The notes: generated by a model not told the origin, from the letters alone. A DNA stretch of 64,000 nt from an uncultured Alphaproteobacteria bacterium (GCA_947367055.1 CANBCI010000003.1:92713-156712), one strand, 5' to 3'. Numbered from the stretch's first letter, positions 15,180-24,106 are shown. Translations and numbers: made by a program.

Positions 15180-16613
15180 TTATCCCCCAAAATCTAGTGT
15201 ACAAGAGCTACTAAAAATCGTTAATGTCTTGCATGCCCTGCTTATTGCTACATAAAAATTCTTACAATCCATTGTTTGTGCATCTAAAACAATCACGTTA
15301 TCAAATTCTAAACCCTTTGTAAGAAGCGTAGAACCAATACACTTACTATGTAAGCTTCGACCTGCTTGGCGTATTTTGTTCTTATATGCATACATTGAAT
15401 CACATATAGACATATCAGATATAGCAGCATCTTTCACTGCTTTTATTATGGCGTTCAATAGTTCCGGGCGCTGATATTTTAATTTAAGTTCATCTTTCAT
15501 GAATTTGACGATATAATGTAACGATTGTTTATCTATGCAATTGTTTTGCAATTTTTCGATGTGGGATTTTAGCAAATTGCATTTTTCTATATCCGATTGA
15601 CTCCTTTTACATTTTAATCCTGTTGCATTAAACCAGTTAGCAATATCTGTTTTATTAAATATGAATGATTCGCAAATTTCTTTAAATAAAGAAAATTGTC
15701 TTTCAGATGTGCAGAGATCATCTAATTTGGCCGATATATTATAAAAATCTCTATCATCAATTGATTCAATTAATTGAAACCGCTGCAACCCCAAAGAATT
15801 ACGTAATTTTTGTCTCTGTTTTATTTGCCTATTATCTATTATCAGTATATTATCATAGGTATTAGCTAGTCTCAAAAGGCTTCTTTTATACAAAGTATCC
15901 TCATAAACACCACCAGATGTTCGTATAAAAGTTATGCCAGGCCTATCTACCGACAAATCTATAATGCTATCTACTTCAATATGTCGTCTAATTTCTTTTA
16001 TGGACTCCCCTAATTCAAGATTGTTGCTATTTGTACTCCTCCACCGCCATGGTATTTCCAACGTTCCTGCCTCATCTGAAAAATCACATAAACACTCATT
16101 AAATTCAACCAGTTGTTCTCTAAATTCAAAAATACCTTGCAGAGGATCGCCTAGTACATGCATTGGAATAAAATCTTTCAGTTTCATTAGCATATTATGC
16201 TGTTTTAACGTACAATCCTGATATTCATCAATAAATATACCTGTATATGTTTTTTTGATTATTCCAATTATTGGTCTCTTTGAAAATAATTCCGTCGCTT
16301 TTTCAATAATAATATCATGAAATCCAACTGCCTTTTGTTCTGGAACTTGATTTGCCATAAATCCTAGAACATATTTTTGAGCATAACCGCATATTGTTTC
16401 AACATTATATGCGGATGGTCGAACTCCTTGTTTTAATAGTTTTGACTTTATTGAAGCCACACCTGCGTGAGTATGCGTTAAAATAAGCTGTTTCCCCTTA
16501 TTGCGTTCATACGTATACTTGATACACTCTGCAATAAATTGCGTTTTTCCATAACCCGCCGGCGCAATCACTTTTGTCTTTAAACCACTTATAAACGTCT
16601 CTATATCTACCAT
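15180..16613 (-). CDS. gajB: UvrD-like superfamily 1 helicase (Gabija GajB-like)
   Basis: It has the APAGYGKT Walker A, FIDEYQD motif II and LTKGLEFDNVIVLD / YVAISRA C-terminal motifs. The start abuts the gajA-like stop. Confidence 0.8.
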   Translation of the reverse strand: MVDIETFISGLKTKVIAPAGYGKTQFIAECIKYTYERNKGKQLILTHTHAGVASIKSKLLKQGVRPSAYNVETICGYAQKYVLGFMANQVPEQKAVGFHDIIIEKATELFSKRPIIGIIKKTYTGIFIDEYQDCTLKQHNMLMKLKDFIPMHVLGDPLQGIFEFREQLVEFNECLCDFSDEAGTLEIPWRWRSTNSNNLELGESIKEIRRHIEVDSIIDLSVDRPGITFIRTSGGVYEDTLYKRSLLRLANTYDNILIIDNRQIKQRQKLRNSLGLQRFQLIESIDDRDFYNISAKLDDLCTSERQFSLFKEICESFIFNKTDIANWFNATGLKCKRSQSDIEKCNLLKSHIEKLQNNCIDKQSLHYIVKFMKDELKLKYQRPELLNAIIKAVKDAAISDMSICDSMYAYKNKIRQAGRSLHSKCIGSTLLTKGLEFDNVIVLDAQTMDCKNFYVAISRACKTLTIFSSSCTLDFGG

Positions 16614-18251
16614 TTATGCGTCAATCCATTCTGATAACGCGTTCCAAACTCTTTTCATATGACAGTCAGAAACCGCCCCCCAATTCGCGAATATAGTATT
16701 TCCCAACGTTTCAGCCTTATCAATTCTTTTGTACCATTCTCTATCTTTGTTAATTGACAATTTTGCAATTCTAATTCTATCTCTCTCAATATCAACTACA
16801 TTTCCCAAGGAAGAAGTATCTTCTTTTGAAATTATGCCTTCTATTACATCCCAAGGCAAATCTTTAAAAATTTGATGTTCTATATCATTACCGTCTTCAG
16901 AATCAAAAACCTGTATCCCATTGTCCCTCAATGCTTGTTTCTGTCCATTTACATCGGCTCTATCAGAATCTAAAAAAACACACACATCAAAGCCTAAGTC
17001 CTTTATTTTCTTAGCTCTATCAATTGCGCTACTTCCTTCTCCTACAATATAAAAACAATCTTTAGATGCCATTGACGGTAAATTTTGTTTTACACGCCAA
17101 GAATCCATAGCTCTGCATATTCCTATTTCTGTTTTTCCTTCACAAACAATGATTTTATTACAAAAAAATCCTTCAGGGTTTGCTCTAACAATGGCCTGCC
17201 AATTATCTTTTGAAGGAATATTTTTAATATACACATTTTCTTTGTCATCGAACTTTTTTACTAAATATAAATCATTTGAATTAAGTTCTACAATTGCATC
17301 TCGCGAATGAGTAGTCAGAAAAATCTGCCCCTTGTTTTCATTTTTTAACGATGATACTATTTGTCTAATTCTATCAGGTTCCAAACCTTGCTCTATTTCA
17401 TCTATCAACACAATTCCACCACGTTTTGCCAGAGCTAATTGTATCGCCATAGAAATTATACGTTTTGAGCCCTTACCCATTAAACGCAATGGGATATTAT
17501 TATCGTTATTTAAACATACCTTGTTATCTTTGATAACAATATCCTTAAAATCAATTGATGTTTTCATTGCACCAATATTTAATCCCAATATACCTACATA
17601 TTTTGTTACTTCATTTATTGCACTTTCTGTTTGTGGAAACCCCGCGCTATCTATATTTATTTTTACTTCACGCAGCCTATCAATAATTATATTACGCTCA
17701 TCTGTTTCTGACGAAAAATTCTTCAACAATTGATAAAGAGGCGACCCCTTACTCCAAGAAAAATGCTTATCAACATAGTCAGATATAAAAGAACAGTTTA
17801 ATTTTGATCTGTCTGTTGCGGATATCGCTTTGGGCTCCTGACGCCCAGTCACCATTTCCCATTTTGGTTCCAATGTTTTATCCACAGTTAATCTAATAGT
17901 ATATACATCTTCCAACTCCGGGTTATCTATTACTTCATCTGTAATTTCACCCGTACTTTTATTATATTGTCTTTTGTATAAACCAAATTTATCTTCTGTT
18001 TGCAATATATCCGGAATATTTGCTAATGTAGCCTCTATTTTTATTGGTTGAGTAACATCTGCATTAAAGAAGTCTGTATCATAAAATTGCAAAATATGGC
18101 TGGGGTATAAAACATAATAAATAGAATCCAAAATTGTTGTTTTTCCGCTATCTCCTCTACCAATTAAGCAAATAAAATTTTTATCAAACGTTTCTGAAAG
18201 ACATTTGATTCCACGAAAATTTTCTATATCCAACTTTAATATATTACTCAA
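16614..18251 (-). CDS. gajA: OLD-family ATPase plus Toprim nuclease (Gabija GajA-like)
   Basis: The N-terminus has GRGDSGKTT, followed by VLIDEIEQGLEP. The C-terminal Toprim has IIVCEGKTE and FLDSDR. Confidence 0.8.
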   Translation of the reverse strand: MSNILKLDIENFRGIKCLSETFDKNFICLIGRGDSGKTTILDSIYYVLYPSHILQFYDTDFFNADVTQPIKIEATLANIPDILQTEDKFGLYKRQYNKSTGEITDEVIDNPELEDVYTIRLTVDKTLEPKWEMVTGRQEPKAISATDRSKLNCSFISDYVDKHFSWSKGSPLYQLLKNFSSETDERNIIIDRLREVKINIDSAGFPQTESAINEVTKYVGILGLNIGAMKTSIDFKDIVIKDNKVCLNNDNNIPLRLMGKGSKRIISMAIQLALAKRGGIVLIDEIEQGLEPDRIRQIVSSLKNENKGQIFLTTHSRDAIVELNSNDLYLVKKFDDKENVYIKNIPSKDNWQAIVRANPEGFFCNKIIVCEGKTEIGICRAMDSWRVKQNLPSMASKDCFYIVGEGSSAIDRAKKIKDLGFDVCVFLDSDRADVNGQKQALRDNGIQVFDSEDGNDIEHQIFKDLPWDVIEGIISKEDTSSLGNVVDIERDRIRIAKLSINKDREWYKRIDKAETLGNTIFANWGAVSDCHMKRVWNALSEWIDA

Positions 18252-18370
18252 GCTGTTACCTCTATTAAATTACTAATAATTTTACAAAGACAATATATAG
18301 AATTCAAGCACATTAATTTTAAGTAGATTACATTATTTACATAGCAGCAAAATCCCCATAAACAATCAAC

Positions 18371-18399
18371 TTGATTTACTTTATTTATCACGGTACACT
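18371..18399 (+). promoter_or_regulatory. Promoter candidate for leader RNA copy 1
   Basis: TTGATT, a 17-nt spacer, then TACACT. Confidence 0.45.
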
Positions 18400-18405
18400 T
18401 TTCTC

Positions 18406-18588
18406 TTGAACCCAATGGGAATTGGGTTCGGGGCTGTGGTGGCCCGCAGACGCGGCATTTGTCGTTAAAATCCCCCGACTTTGGTCGGGGAGCCGTTCGC
18501 TATAAAACAGGGCTTGCCCGAAGGCTGCGGAGCATTCGTTTGCTGACACCAACTCCCCGGCCGTCAATTCCGTTGACGGTCTTTGATT
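18406..18588 (+). ncRNA. Structured leader RNA, family copy 1 (unassigned)
   Basis: It has a 9-bp P1 hairpin at 18408-18429, conserved blocks shared with 63757-63995 and 26860-27065, and an intrinsic terminator at 18561-18588. Confidence 0.6.
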
Positions 18589-18608
18589 TATAAACAAGGG
18601 GAATTTCT

Positions 18609-18839
18609 ATGATTATTACTACAGATTTAGATCTCTCAGTAACTTTATTCGTTGTATGCATTACCGTGATTATAGGTGGCGTGATTAAGCGTGCAACAGC
18701 AAATAGTAAAGCCAAAGCCTATGCTGAATATGTAGAAGAATGCAAAAAGTCCAAAAAGGAACCACTGGATTATGTTTCGTGGGAACGATTGGAAGCCGCC
18801 GCCCCACGATCATATGCAGACGATGACGATTGGGAATAA
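18609..18839 (+). CDS. Small single-pass membrane protein with an acidic tail
   Basis: A GGGGAA SD is present. It has one TM helix (VTLFVVCITVIIGGVI) and a DDDDWE C-terminus. Confidence 0.5.
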   Translation: MIITTDLDLSVTLFVVCITVIIGGVIKRATANSKAKAYAEYVEECKKSKKEPLDYVSWERLEAAAPRSYADDDDWE

Positions 18840-18841
18840 AT

Positions 18842-19525
18842 ATGAATATTACAGAATCCGTTATTTCTGCATTTATGAATCTGAAACAAAAGCATCGGTT
18901 CTTTGTATCCGAGGCGGATTTTCAAGCATCTTTTACATGGGAACTGGCGCAAGTATTTCATGACCGACCAGATGTTAAAATATACCGTGAATTTCCTGTG
19001 CGCGTATATGACACCCAGTGGCGTACAATTTATATCGACATTTTGATTGTTGCCGATGGTCAAAGGTTTCCCATTGAGTTAAAATACAAAACCAACACAA
19101 TAGACTCTGACGAATTATATGAAGACACTGGCATCCCGATCAGAGACATATTAAAACCACAAGGTGCCAAAGACGAAGGCAGTTATGACTGTTGGAAAGA
19201 CATATCACGCATAGAGAAATTAGTTAATATCGGTTTTGCCCACAGTGGTATCTTTATATGCATTGCAAACGACAAATATTATTGGAACGGCAATTGCGGC
19301 GAAAGTACTCTTGGCTACGCATTTCGTATGAACTCGGGTCATAAATACGGTGGTGAATATAACTGGAATTTGGCAAATTGTGCAAACATAGAAAAGTTGC
19401 TAAAAGCGCGTCCAAATTTACATATCATGAATGACTATGAATTTGCCTGGCAGGACTTCTACGAGATGCGGGCACAAAATGGTTTGTTTAAGTTTTTATT
19501 AATCAAAATCCCATCAACGGAGTAG
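18842..19525 (+). CDS. PD-(D/E)xK nuclease-fold candidate
   Basis: YIDILIVADGQRFPIELKYK fits the D...ExK motif. Confidence 0.55.
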   Translation: MNITESVISAFMNLKQKHRFFVSEADFQASFTWELAQVFHDRPDVKIYREFPVRVYDTQWRTIYIDILIVADGQRFPIELKYKTNTIDSDELYEDTGIPIRDILKPQGAKDEGSYDCWKDISRIEKLVNIGFAHSGIFICIANDKYYWNGNCGESTLGYAFRMNSGHKYGGEYNWNLANCANIEKLLKARPNLHIMNDYEFAWQDFYEMRAQNGLFKFLLIKIPSTE

Positions 19526-19530
19526 CAAAA

Positions 19531-19827
19531 ATGACGAAAATATCGTTTATTATATTAGGCTTATTAAGTTTAACGGCATGTGCTACGGAAACAAGAGCTG
19601 TAGAAGTTTAGCACATAGATCCAGAATGGGAAATCTATAGTATTACATACAATGTAAAGCTGATCTTGAACAATTGTCAATATGACGACGACTGGGCCGA
19701 TGAGCAGAGTTACATCTGGTCTGGAAACTTTGAAAACACACATAAATCATTCTCGTTTACAACAGCCATGGGGGGGCAAAGGACTGTCCCTGTGTATTCT
19801 GGTGTTTGTTCAGTAAAAAAATTCTAA
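19531..19827 (+). pseudogene. Small lipoprotein gene interrupted by one in-frame TAG
   Basis: It has a signal peptide and lipobox (ILGLLSLTAC). The TAG is at 19609-19611, and the frame stays open for 71 more codons. Confidence 0.45.
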
Positions 19828-19890
19828 AAAGAACGCTGTTTGTCCTGGGAAAAAGATTGCGTTATTGAACAAAAAGATGATCGATATTCA

Positions 19891-19914
19891 AAAACGCCCC
19901 CAAAGGGGCGTTTT
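19891..19914 (+). terminator. Intrinsic terminator
   Basis: AAAACGCCCC-CAAA-GGGGCGTTTT. Confidence 0.6.
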
Positions 19915-20015
19915 ATTCATTGTTGCATCGCATAGTTTATGCACTAGGTTAATGCATCAACCTGGTCTTTGTATTTGCTGTTTGGAAATCCCAACAGCTC
20001 TTTCTTGAAATCTGA

Positions 20016-20260
20016 CTACCATGGTGCTTCCTTTTGTGGGAATTTCAATGTGCTGTTTTCTATCAAAGCGCTACACCCTATCAGACGCGAATACAGCGTA
20101 GAGCCATACCATTCGTTTAACTTGGCATGTTGGGATTCTGATGACGCATCCACAGATTTTTGCGGATCGTCTATTATAATCCAGTCCGCCCCACGCCCAG
20201 TCAACGTTCCACCGATATATGTAGCCATACGCCCGCCACTGTGGACGCAATGAGGCACAT
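20016..20260 (-). pseudogene. Phage terminase large-subunit fragment
   Basis: GGTLTGRGADWIIIDDPQK...LNEWYGSTLYSRL resembles the Walker-B region of terminase/GTA-type large subunits. Only about 80 aa remain. Confidence 0.5.
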
Positions 20261-20308
20261 AAACATTCAAAACGCACCATACGCAGAAAAAAAATCTTTG
20301 TTCAATCA

Positions 20309-20770
20309 TTGGTTGATAAAGTTATATACTCGCAGGAAAAACTGATATTTTATCTGATACCAGACGTGGCAAAATTACAACCATTCGCGGCCGAGAACTT
20401 TATAAATCAGAAATCTGATCCGATGGAATTTACGGTCAGCGATAGTCGCATCGTTATAGCCGTCCCGATTGTCCTGCGAAAATATGTGCATACAGTATTT
20501 GATAAAACCAAGAACGGCGTCTTGACCATCACCGATAACAACCACCTAATCCTTAAAGCCTTCGCAACAGCATTGCGGTATCGAGAGATGTATGAAGAAT
20601 GTGGCGACACCGATAAAATCATCGCCATGTAACATACATCCCCACGCCAGTTTTACCGCCACCTTGACCTAGCATATATGAATCCGGACAAAATCAACGA
20701 AATTCTGTCCGGACGATTAAAAATTAATGTTAATGATTTGTTCCATATTGCTACTGTAAATTATTTATAA
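20309..20770 (+). pseudogene. C-terminal remnant of a serine-recombinase-family protein with an in-frame TAA
   Basis: LKAFATALRYREMYEE...(TAA at 20630-20632)...LDLAYMNPDKINEILSGR. There is no catalytic domain. Confidence 0.5.
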
Positions 20771-21835
20771 TTATTTTGTGTTGTTTTCTTGTTCTACTTG
20801 CGCACTAGCAATTGGGGTACTGACGCCATATACTTTTCTTTTATTCAAAAAAACTTCTCTCAACACTTTGTTTTCGCGTTTTATTGCAGTATCTAAATCC
20901 ACAGAATGGTCTGGAGCTTTAGAAAAATATTCTGATAATATTTGCCACTTCAAATCGGATTTGGCGTTTTCTATATCTTCTTTATTTTCAAAATCAATTT
21001 CACGTCCCAATACGATACTAACACTTTGTTCATTCATATGCGTGATTAACGCCTCTATCGCTGATATTTTTCGTTTCTCCCCATTAATTTTTTCATACAC
21101 ATTAAAAAGGGCATTAAATATTTTATACAAAACGAACAATATCCCTACAAACAGTAAGGCATTTGGGATTTTAACAACAACTATCGAAAGTGCCGCATAC
21201 ACCCAATTCCAACCATTTGGCACAAGACTTGCATTGATAAGGTTCAGCTGCTCTGAAAAAAGACTTAAAGTTTCAGAGATATTGCAAAGAGAAAAACAGC
21301 CAAGAATTACCGCCAACACAATTGCTCCAAACATACACCGTCCATAAAAACGCATGTTTTTAACGGACTCTTCTTTGAAATCTTTGACGCTATTTATAAT
21401 TTTTATATTTTTTTCGATCTTCGCCTTGTGCTTTTGATATTTTTCATCCAATAGCTTCGTTTTGTTAGCTATTTCTTCTTCTCGCTTTTGAGCGGTCTCT
21501 TCCAACTCAACAATCCTATTTTCTAATTGTATTTTCTTATGATTCAAAGACACCGCAGGATATTCACCCGTATCGTCTTGGAGGCCAATTTTTGTTTCCA
21601 ACTGATCCTGTGCTGTTTTCAACTGATTAATATTATTAATCAGCGCATTCTCCTCCGATTTATATCTGGTCAAATTCTGTGTGTTTACAGAAATATCTGA
21701 CTGTAAGGAAGTCAATGTATCTTGCGCTTGCGATATTTCATTTTGTAGTGTCTGTTTTTCCGTTTCCAATTGTTTATTTTCTTCAATAAGTTGTTGCCTA
21801 CTTAATGCTAATGCGGAATTTGTTATGGGTGCCAT
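20771..21835 (-). CDS. Coiled-coil protein with two central TM helices
   Basis: The N-terminal 190 aa or so are heptad-rich (Q/E/L/N). The TM segments are FGAIVLAVILGCFSL and VYAALSIVVVKIPNALLFVGILFVLY. Confidence 0.6.
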   Translation of the reverse strand: MAPITNSALALSRQQLIEENKQLETEKQTLQNEISQAQDTLTSLQSDISVNTQNLTRYKSEENALINNINQLKTAQDQLETKIGLQDDTGEYPAVSLNHKKIQLENRIVELEETAQKREEEIANKTKLLDEKYQKHKAKIEKNIKIINSVKDFKEESVKNMRFYGRCMFGAIVLAVILGCFSLCNISETLSLFSEQLNLINASLVPNGWNWVYAALSIVVVKIPNALLFVGILFVLYKIFNALFNVYEKINGEKRKISAIEALITHMNEQSVSIVLGREIDFENKEDIENAKSDLKWQILSEYFSKAPDHSVDLDTAIKRENKVLREVFLNKRKVYGVSTPIASAQVEQENNTK

Positions 21836-22064
21836 TATTTAGTCCTTTTATTTTATCACGTTTTATGTAGGATTTTTTTAACAGTTTTCAAGGGATAATA
21901 CGCAAAACTGGCATCCTTATTTTAGGCAAGGTATGCTGCGCGAGGAATTATGGTGTGATTTGGTGCGAAGGCGAGTATACACCGGTACCGTTGCTGATAA
22001 AAATCCTCGGATTCCGGAGCAAAAGAAACATCCCGCGGGATTACCGTGGGATGCGTCACATTCC

Positions 22065-22154
22065 TGGCGGATGGGGAGGGATTCGAACCCCCGGAAGCAT
22101 TGCTGCTTCAACGGTTTTCAAGACCGCCGCAATCGACCGCTCTGCCACCCATCC
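22065..22154 (-). tRNA. tRNA-Ser (UGA)
   Basis: A 90-nt cloverleaf folded by hand. It has a long variable arm, anticodon loop CUUGAAA and an encoded CCA. Confidence 0.95.
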
Positions 22155-22158
22155 GAAA

Positions 22159-22980
22159 CTAATATGCGTTGTCTATTTTATCCTTTTTCTGGCGAAACGC
22201 AACTGTAAAAATTATAGCGCCGGCAACAAACATCAACCACGACAGTAACTGCCCCATGGTCAGCCAGTTTGTGCCAAACAAAAATCCAATCTGTGCATCC
22301 GGGGCGCGAAACTGTTCGCAACAAATGCGCGCCAAGGCATACCCCATTCCCAGCGCGCCCGACAATGCGCCTGGGCGCGTGCGCAATTTTGTAAACCGCC
22401 ACAGGCAATACATCAACACAAATAACAGCACGCCCTCGGTTGCGGCTTCGTACAGGGGACTTGGGTGGCGTGGTCCAATTCCGGTACCGACAAATTCAAC
22501 CGCCCACGGAACATCAGTCGGACGCCCCATTACCTCCATATTTATAAAGTTCGCAATACGTCCGAAAAACAAACCAATCGGTGCAATCACCGCCATTATG
22601 TCCAAAATTTTCCACGGATTAACTTTATTTGCCCGCCCGAACAACAGGGTCGCCACAATCACCCCGCAAAGGCCGCCATGAAAACTCATCCCACCATGCC
22701 AAACTGCAAAAATTTCCAACGGATGCGCGATAAAAAACCACAGGTTATACAGCAATACATACCCCAGGCGCCCGCCCAAAATCACGCCTAAAATAACCGC
22801 CGTTAACAAATCGTCAAGCTGTTTTTTTGAAAGTATGACATCACCGTCACGCCGCATAAAACGGCGAAACAAATAGTATCCGATGACAAACCCTGCAACG
22901 TACGCCAGCGCATACCAGCGCACATCAAGCCCCATAACGGAAAAAGCGACCGGTGAAATCGGGTTAACCACAACAGCCAT
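22159..22980 (-). CDS. lgt: Prolipoprotein diacylglyceryl transferase
   Basis: It is Lgt-like along its whole length (HGGMSFHGG, GRIANFIN, HPSPLYEA). Confidence 0.9.
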   Translation of the reverse strand: MAVVVNPISPVAFSVMGLDVRWYALAYVAGFVIGYYLFRRFMRRDGDVILSKKQLDDLLTAVILGVILGGRLGYVLLYNLWFFIAHPLEIFAVWHGGMSFHGGLCGVIVATLLFGRANKVNPWKILDIMAVIAPIGLFFGRIANFINMEVMGRPTDVPWAVEFVGTGIGPRHPSPLYEAATEGVLLFVLMYCLWRFTKLRTRPGALSGALGMGYALARICCEQFRAPDAQIGFLFGTNWLTMGQLLSWLMFVAGAIIFTVAFRQKKDKIDNAY

Positions 22981-22994
22981 CTGCAGTCCGCGTT

Positions 22995-23273
22995 TTATCG
23001 TACATTCTGGGGAATTACATGCGTTTTTGCCGCATTGCTTAAAATCTCTTTTAAATTAGCAATTACGGTTTCGCAACGCGAAATCACCACAGGGTTTGGG
23101 TTCGGTTTTGCGCGTTCCGCATCCAGCTTTTCCTGAACGGATTTCAATTTATCACCCAAACTAACAATACCATCACGTACGATGCCGCGCCCTTCCAAGG
23201 CTTCATTAAGATCACGCGTACGAACGGAATACTCGGGTCGGGGTATTTTATGCAATCGTTGATTTCTGCTCAT
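22995..23273 (-). CDS. Small coiled-coil protein (possibly UbiK/YqiC-like)
   Basis: It is 92 aa and lies upstream of lgt. The family call is tentative. Confidence 0.45.
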   Translation of the reverse strand: MSRNQRLHKIPRPEYSVRTRDLNEALEGRGIVRDGIVSLGDKLKSVQEKLDAERAKPNPNPVVISRCETVIANLKEILSNAAKTHVIPQNVR

Positions 23274-23350
23274 TATTTATCTCACCTTTAAAATACTTGA
23301 ATTTGCATCGGCATTGTATTATATATTCCATAAATAACAAGGAGAAAATT

Positions 23351-24106
23351 ATGGCAGAAAAACACGCAACACAAAAAGCCGTACGCGTGACACGTGCGAC
23401 AAAGTCAGATGTCGCCCAAACGCAATCGGGTGGTCTGGAATCATATCTGCGGCGGATTTTCGCATTGATGTTCGGCGCGGTCGCGGTCACTGCAGTGGCG
23501 TCACTTATAACAATGATAACCCCGTTGTGGGGAATGCTGTTTACCGGAACGGGGATGTCGGCACTGTTCTATATTTTAATGTTAGGCGGATTGGGTCTGT
23601 CCCTGTGGGCACAGGTTCGTGCATTTTCAATGAAGCCGGCGACGGGCGCCATTATGCTTTTCATATATGCGATACTGGTCGGCATTGTGATGACACCGTT
23701 GTTGCTGCTTGCGGTGACAAATAATCCGTTCACAATCTTATTCGCATTCGGCATTGCGGCGGTAATGTTCGCGTGCATGGCCATGTTCGGATACAAAACG
23801 GTCAAGGACCTGTCTTTCATGGGCATATTCCTGCAAATGGGGATGATTGGCCTGTTGCTGGTCGGTCTGGCATCGTTTATATGGCCGACAATGCTGGGCG
23901 GAACATTCGGAACAATCGTTTGCTTTATCGGCGTATTGGTATTCGCACTGTTCACGGCATATGATATGCAGACTTTAAAGCGCGCATATGCAATGGGCGG
24001 CGATGAAACTGTAAAAAATCAACTGGCGGTACTGGGGGCATTGCATCTGTACATATCATTCATTGCGATGTTCGAGTATCTGTTGAGTTTGTTAAACAAA
24101 AACTAA
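23351..24106 (+). CDS. BAX inhibitor-1/YccA-family membrane protein
   Basis: It has 7 TM helices and a FTAYDMQ motif. A GGAGAA SD is present. Confidence 0.85.
   Translation: MAEKHATQKAVRVTRATKSDVAQTQSGGLESYLRRIFALMFGAVAVTAVASLITMITPLWGMLFTGTGMSALFYILMLGGLGLSLWAQVRAFSMKPATGAIMLFIYAILVGIVMTPLLLLAVTNNPFTILFAFGIAAVMFACMAMFGYKTVKDLSFMGIFLQMGMIGLLLVGLASFIWPTMLGGTFGTIVCFIGVLVFALFTAYDMQTLKRAYAMGGDETVKNQLAVLGALHLYISFIAMFEYLLSLLNKN

Noticed and set aside
18406-18588. The leader RNA as a cobalamin or guanidine-I (ykkC) riboswitch
   Set aside because: There are superficial similarities: a GGGAA tract, a CCCGAAG(A/G)CUG string like the B12 box, and the order GGGUUC...GGUCGGGGAG...AUAAAA. But GGGA here is a hairpin loop and the CCCGCAACUGUAA-type core is absent. 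The ykkC ACACGG...GGGA-UAAAA-GCCCGGGAGA block is not reproduced, and the downstream genes are unrelated to either regulon. A cmsearch is still required.
21917-22248. Three overlapping ORFs (64, 91 and 97 aa) around 22.0-22.2 kb
   Set aside because: They overlap tRNA-Ser on both strands and are artefacts of the tRNA sequence.
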